Source: Octopus vulgaris (lineage: Eukaryota). Taken from it: a stretch of DNA of 64,000 nt. The stretch covers positions 4,960,001 through 5,024,000 of the forward strand of contig OX597825.1 in NCBI GenBank assembly GCA_951406725.2. Direction: 5' to 3'. The position numbers and the translations under genes are program-made. Of this stretch, positions 56,196 to 64,000 are shown one piece after another (the stretch's first letter is position 1; the number at the start of each line of letters is the position of its first letter). The notes beneath the pieces were generated by a model, which was given only the letters and a program-made list of their open reading frames with translations, was not told where the DNA came from and did no database searches.

Positions 56196-56199
56196 AAAA

Positions 56200-56672
<473 letters not shown>

Positions 56673-57079
56673 TTGTTTTATCAGAACACCGAAATAAATG
56701 TTCATTAGGTGAAATAGCGATATATTTAAAAAGAACTGACACACCATTTAATAAAATTATAATATAAAATCGATTTTTTTAAATGTAAATGAATAAGAAA
56801 CTTGACGAAACAAAGTAACAAAATCGTTTTCAAAAGTTTTGGTTCAGAGGAAACTTTCTTGGAATGAATCGTTAAAAGCTTTTAAAAACTATTTTAAAAA
56901 ATATGTGTAAAGAGATAGCTTTGCAGACATCTTAATGTTTATCAAAACCATAATATGATTCTTAATAGAATGATAATACTAGGCAAATGGGTAGAGTGTA
57001 ACCTCTGTAAATTGACATTTAAAGATATCATTATATGCATGCGTGGGTGTTTTTATGTCATACAATTACTTCTCATCTA

Positions 57080-57283
57080 AGGCGTAGAGTTGGCAGAAAA
57101 GTTAGCACGCCGGGCGAAATGCTCTGCGGTATTTCGTGTGTCTTTACGTTCTGAGTTCAAATTCCGCCGAGGAATTTCATCCTTTCGGGGTCGATAAATT
57201 AAGTACACGTTGCGCACTGGAGTCGATCTAATCGACTGTCCCCTCCCCCAAAATTTCGGGCCTTGTGCCTAGAGTAGAAAAGA
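57080..57283 (+). mobile_element. SINE family A copy
   Basis: Head, core and tail aaaatttcgggccttgtgcctagagtagaaaaga. Confidence 0.9.
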
Positions 57284-58121
57284 CAGTTACTTCTCGTCAT
57301 AATGAAGGCGAAGTGATGTCAGAGCGTCGGAAAAAAGTTATGATATTTGCTCCGGTTCTTTACGTTCAAAGTTGAAATCCCGCTGAAGTCAACCCGACTT
57401 TTCATTATTGCCGAGTCGATAAAATGACGTACTTGTGATGACTAATTTATTTTTTCTTAGAATTGCTGGCATATTCCAAATTAATTTGGCTGGACAGTTT
57501 CCACGTTGATTTGGCTAGACAGTTTCCACGACAGGTTTCTTCCAGAATTGAGATGTTTTTAATAAATTCTTGATTTTTGACATCTTTATTTTAAGATCGT
57601 CTCAGCCACTACAATACAGAGTATTGTCAACAAATTATTTCTGTAGACAATATTGCATAAGTCGAAAAAGGGGGTACCTGTGCCAACAGACGTGATGGGG
57701 GGAAATGAGTTTCATAGTGAAGCTAGCTCATTTGGGGGGGTTTACAATTAAAATTATTTACATTATATCTTAATACACGTATTAAATCTTACATTAAATG
57801 GATGTCTAAACATAGCCTAGTATCAACACGTGATTTGCGAATGGCGGAAGATATTAAAAATCAAAGGTGAAAAAAGGAAAAGAAAGGAAAGGAATATATA
57901 CAGGCGCAAGCGTGGCTGTGTGGTTAAGAAGCTTGTTTCGCAACCACGTTGTCTAAGGTTCGTCTCGTTACTGTGCAGCACTTTGACCGAGTGTTCTCTC
58001 TGGTATAATCTCGGGCCAACAATTACCTTGCGAGTGGAGCGGATTTCGTAGACGAAAACTGGAAGTACATCTCCAGCGTTAGAAGCTGTGCAAAGCAACG
58101 TTAATAATAATGATGATGATG

Positions 58122-58160
<39 letters not shown>

Positions 58161-58266
58161 GCTTTTTAATTGGTGGAAAGTATACGGATTTGGAAAGATG
58201 AAGGGAGAGAAGAATCGAGGGAGAATACATACATATGGGTGGGTGTGTGTGCGTGCATGTGTGTAC

Positions 58267-58297
<31 letters not shown>

Positions 58298-59318
58298 CAT
58301 ATGTGTGCGAGTGTGTGTGTGTGTGTCGATAGCTATGACGAACTTGCTGATAATTATGTAAGAGAAAAATATCGACATAAACCCTACTGCGTTAGGTATG
58401 TCTAGCCCCTTATCAAATAACGACTTTGTAGTGAAAATAGGGAGCATATTACGAAAAGGGCTATCCTGGAACGTTTAAAAATAAACTCATAGTAACTTGA
58501 GCTCGTATTGCGAAGAGGGTTTTTCTAAGACAAAAAATTCCAAATATCGTTAAAAATAGAACATTTTGGGGGGAATCTGTGGAAATATGCGAAGATATGA
58601 GTGTTTTCCCTATCAAAATGGATTAAAGCTTAAAGAGGAATTTATGATATATAAATAGAGACTGTGATGATGTTCTGCGAAGGATTTGGCATTTTGGAAA
58701 ATCTAGAAAACTGATAAATACTAAATGAACATATCAAAATGAAAAATTCTTGAGTAAATTTGATACCAGTTGAAGTTGGATTGGAACACTCTTTTAATTC
58801 ACCAAGAACCTTACGTTCTATCATCTCTCTCTCTCTCTCTTTCACACTCACTCTCTCTATCCCTCTTCCTCTTTCTCTCACTCCTTCCTGACATACATAT
58901 AAATGTATAGAAGTAATTATCTATATCCATATATATATATATATATATACTTCGTTTCTGTATTTGATTTGCAAGATTCTTTTTGTGAATTCGTGTGTTG
59001 AAGCATATATTATTTTTTCTAGAAAAAATTAGTAAATGAGTGGAAATCGAACTGGTGAGTGTGTTAAAGTGTTAAATAATAAGGCACTAAAAGAGAATAA
59101 CTTTCACCAGACACAGTAATATATATATATATATATATATATTATTGTGTCTGGTAAGTCATACACACTTTTATTATCACACACATACGCACATATATAT
59201 ATACATATACAAACATACTTGTCCTATATTGCTAGAAATAGGAGCTAAAATACTCCAGTACTGTTACAAAGCACGTAACATATACTCTGTTAGGGGCTAC
59301 AATCGCCCCGAACTCCGA

Positions 59319-59403
59319 CCAGGAATTCCTAAGACTGACCGGCCACTTTCGGCTATTTTCGTAGCTATCTTCAGTAAGGCCATCTCGTTTGATTGATTCC
59401 TGG
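59319..59403 (-). ncRNA. Type I hammerhead-like motif, degenerate
   Basis: Minus strand CTGAAGA-ta-GCTAcgaaaaTAGC-c-GAAA-gtggccg-GTC, enclosed by ccaggaat/attcctgg; proximal stem I uncertain. Confidence 0.5.
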
Positions 59404-59714
59404 CTATCAGAGTATATATATATTCAACATAAAAATCTTTGGAATATTTTCCGTTACTGTATAATATAACGAACAACAGCTTTTATTAATTTTCATATAT
59501 ATTATATATATATATGTATATATGTATATATGTTTGTGTGTTTGTGTATACTCACATACACAAACACGTATATAAATGAATATGATTATACTTATACACT
59601 CTTCGCATACACATGTAAGCGATCTATACACGCGCACACACATAAAAACACACATACACACATATATATATATATAAATATAAATCGTTTCTATATGTGT
59701 ATATATGTATATGC

Positions 59715-59752
<38 letters not shown>

Positions 59753-60254
59753 ATACAAACATATACTCACCTAAGTGCTTCTACATATTTAACTATTCAC
59801 GTATGTTTGTGTGTGCATGGGTTTGCATGTGAGTGCGCAATTGTGTGTTTGTGTGTATCTGTATCTACCTATTCTGTATAAGTTTCTCAACACACTTAAG
59901 TGCATAAGAGATTCTGCCTTTGCAACACAGAAGGCATTCAATACATAAAAAAAACAGTGTTAATTCATTCAATCACAACTACAATGGAACCGCTACATAG
60001 AGTAAGAAAAGGCCCTCAGTAATTTCTCTTGATGCCATAATTCTGGAACTCAATGAACAAGAATTTTTTTCATAATGTTTATGTAAAAATCTCAGACATC
60101 ACACAAGATCTAATAAGATAGTTTAGGAATAATATGAATTATTCAAAAGTACCTCCGTAACGGTGTCCGTGATTTTTACGACGATGTAAGCTGCAGAGAA
60201 GTAAGAAAAGAATAGTAAAAAAAAAAGTTGATACCGATCTGATTGGTAAAAGCA

Positions 60255-60306
<52 letters not shown>

Positions 60307-60345
60307 TCAATAACAATAATAATGATAATAATAATAATAATAATA

Positions 60346-60402
<57 letters not shown>

Positions 60403-60541
60403 TTTATATTATGGTTGTTGTTGTTGTTATCATTATTATCATTATTATTATTATTAAGTTTCTCGCTGTACGCGCACAAATGCAGATACACACACAAGCG
60501 CATATATGTGTGTGTGTGTGTGTATGTGTGTGTGGGGGGTA

Positions 60542-60900
60542 TACAAGATGCATTGAGACTTTGAAGGAGAGACATACATTAATATGAAAGAATTTCAAGA
60601 CTCTGACCTCCTTCGAAACTTCTGATTTCAATGTGCTTGAGTTCGAGCTAGTTTCGTGAAGCCCCCCTTGGAAGTCGTCAAAATGAAGGTATCCAAAACC
60701 CATGTCACAACCTCCTTCATCTTCTCCTTCGGCTTGGGGAACAACTGAAAGTCACAGGAAGCAAGGTTTGGAATGTAGAGAGGGTAAGGAACAATTTTGA
60801 TGCCCATCTCTATGAAGTAATTGGTTTCCAAGATGGAATTGTGGACTAGTTCATTGTCATGTTGTAGATGCTCTGTCTTTTTACGGCAAAATTCCTTCAT
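60542..60900 (-). mobile_element. Mariner transposase 3' fragment
   Basis: LQHDNELVH..GIKIVPYPLYIPNLASCDFQLFPKPKEKMK (decayed HDNARPH and PYSPDLAPCDF motifs). Confidence 0.85.
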
Positions 60901-61348
60901 GAACTCCCCACCAATCCTTCACAAAGTATGGCTTGTTGATCGTCTGGCCAGAGGAAACGTGGATAATACTGAAAATATTTATTATATAAATGGTGGTGCC
61001 CCAACCTAACCAGTGCTTTCTAGCTGAAACTAGCTGAAGAGTTATAGCATGTACCTTTTACTTCATTCGGTTATTAGAATGCGGCCATGATGAGCGAATA
61101 GATCCCATTATTTATCATATTTTTCCACATTTATGCTTTTTTTCTTCGTTTTGTCTTTGGAAACTTTGCTGAACTGCTTAGTTATAAGAACCTAAACACA
61201 CCAATACTAGTTGTCAAGCGATAGTAGATAACACAAACACAAAGACAGTGACATACATCTATCTATCCATTTATATACATATACATATATATATATACAT
61301 ATATATATATATACATACATACACATATATATATACATATACATACAT

Positions 61349-61446
<98 letters not shown>

Positions 61447-61574
61447 TATATATATATGTATATATATGAGTATAGGAAATCAGCAACTGTAAAGAATATG
61501 AAGTACGAAAACAAGCGAGATGAATAAGCTAACAACAAAAAATAATTGAAAACAGGACAAGTAACACAAAGAAC

Positions 61575-61652
61575 GACCAATCATCAGTTGTAGGCTGTCC
61601 ATTTACTCCTCATTCGAGCATCAATGACAATATGAGTCTCCGAAGATAGTTG
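61575..61652 (-). ncRNA. Decayed non-circularly permuted hammerhead, third family (element about 61500-62100)
   Basis: Minus strand: cuauc..CUCAU-A-UUGUC-auugau-GCUC-GA-AUGAG..gacag-cc-UACAA-CUGAUGA; one core A lost and one stem I mismatch. Confidence 0.6.
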
Positions 61653-62604
61653 CTCCCATAACTTTCAAATTAAATTTTGGATTTTTTGGAGGGTCAGAGC
61701 TGGGAACAAAAAAAGGACAGTGGAGACATACAAGGAAACCGAACGAAAATAAACATGGTGGATAGTTAGACCAGAACGAGCGGGGAAATAGTGAACGCTG
61801 GGAGAAATAGCTTCTTTGAAAAGAGAAAAGATAGAAGACGTCCAGTCGTTCGAACGTTGTGTAGAAAGAGAAAAATAGCCACATGAAGAATAGAAAGATG
61901 GACGATGGTCACGTGTGAGCAAGGATAGATAGAAAAGGAGAAAGGGGGGAGAGAGACAGATAGAAAAGAGTGAAGGCGAGAAAAGGGAATTAGAGAAGGA
62001 TGGAGGAGTAAACAATACATATATAATAAATGCATAAATTTAAAATACATCAAGAACAGGACATCGCCAACGAGTGAAAATTACGTGGATACATGAGTGA
62101 TAAGTACGCCCGTGTGTGTCTATGTGCGTGTGTGTGTATGATAACTACATCGTGGACGAGCCATCTTAGACTTTATTTGAACACGCGAAATCTGTTTTTC
62201 TGATGTCAAATATGTTTTGTTGAAAATATGACTGCGTTCGAATTTAATCTCCTTTATCTATATTTTTTTTTTATTTCCGTATTAGTGTTAATGGACTTAG
62301 GAAATTTACTGTTCCAATAAGGAAATATGAAGAAACATTTATTAAGAAGATTATGCTCACAGTCAGTCATGTCGTCAAATTTATATATTCAAGTACACAC
62401 ACACACACTTACGCGTATATGTATGTGTGTGTGTATGTGTGTGTGTGTAAAACCATCCTCATAAACCTAATCTCATCAATGTAAATATATATGTATGTGG
62501 GTGGGTGTGTTTATGCCTGCGCGTGTATAATATATGTACGTGTGTATGCACACATGCATACATGCTCTCTCTCTCTCTTTCTCTCTCTCTCTATATATAT
62601 ATAT

Positions 62605-62672
<68 letters not shown>

Positions 62673-62965
62673 TATTTATAATCAGAAATCAAATTATGTA
62701 TGTATATTATATGTACCGACGTATATATGTACGGCTACATGTACACACACACACTCACACACATACACACCTGTACACATATCACTACAGGTGTGTGCAA
62801 TCATGAATGTGTGCGTGTGGGAGCCTTTGGTTTGTTGTTAATATAAGCCATATACAGGCAAATGGGATTAGTGGAGATTATTATTAGTAGAGATTAGATA
62901 TTAGGGAAAGAGGAGTGACTGATCAGTTCAGCTTTGCTTACATACGCTTCACAGTAGTCGAACGT

Positions 62966-63540
<575 letters not shown>

Positions 63541-64000
63541 ATCTCTCGAGCGAGCGAACGAGCGATCCACCTGTCTACCTGTCTATCAATGTCCATCTAC
63601 CAATGCATCTATCTATTTGTTCATCGATCTTTCTACCGATTTATTCATGTAACGGTAATGGAGAAGAGTCGTGCGGGGCTGGAGAGAAAGCACTCAGTGG
63701 AAGATTTGTTTATGACATCGAACTAGAGTCTGAACTCACCCAGGGTATGATTCAGTGTAGGAAAATCAAAAGAACTTGATGTAGCTGATAAAGCTCGTTT
63801 TGCTGAAGATTATAACGGCGAGATGGAGTGAAGTTGTTACTAGCAGTGAAGGAAAAATTCGAGCAGGAATCTTTTGAATTTAGTTACAGATTTAAAACGT
63901 TTAGATCTTAGAACGGTGTGAATAAGTTAAAATGTCAAATCTGAAAAATTCTATGAGATAAAGCATCACTATTAAGTGATCCGATAGCAATGGAAATAAA

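Overview
AT-rich, microsatellite-saturated, non-coding animal DNA. The SINE families and repeat landscape point to an octopus/cephalopod genome (inference from recalled repeat consensuses, no search run). I can support no host protein-coding exon; nearly all ORFs in the track are translations of (TA)n, (CA)n, (GA)n, (TACA)n, (GATA)n and trinucleotide repeats. The window holds dozens of copies of four tRNA-derived SINE families, decayed Tc1/mariner transposases (one DD37D/maT-like, three mariner-like), Dong/R4-like and RTE-like LINE fragments, a Penelope-like GIY-YIG endonuclease remnant, Helentron/HINE-like pieces and (TA)n-flanked foldback elements. The most striking signal is RNA structure. 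Besides several ordinary minimal type I hammerhead motifs, three sequence-divergent repeats (18.05-18.14 kb +, 52.07-52.14 kb -, 61.58-61.65 kb -, plus a broken copy at 25.1-25.5 kb) encode a hammerhead core whose three strands lie in a NON-circularly permuted order (NUH strand, then GAAA strand, then CUGAUGA strand). Stems I and III are fully covarying between families and an extra helix clamps the fold. This is a candidate pseudoknotted hammerhead ribozyme carried by non-autonomous retroelements. All pairings were read by eye; activity is untested.
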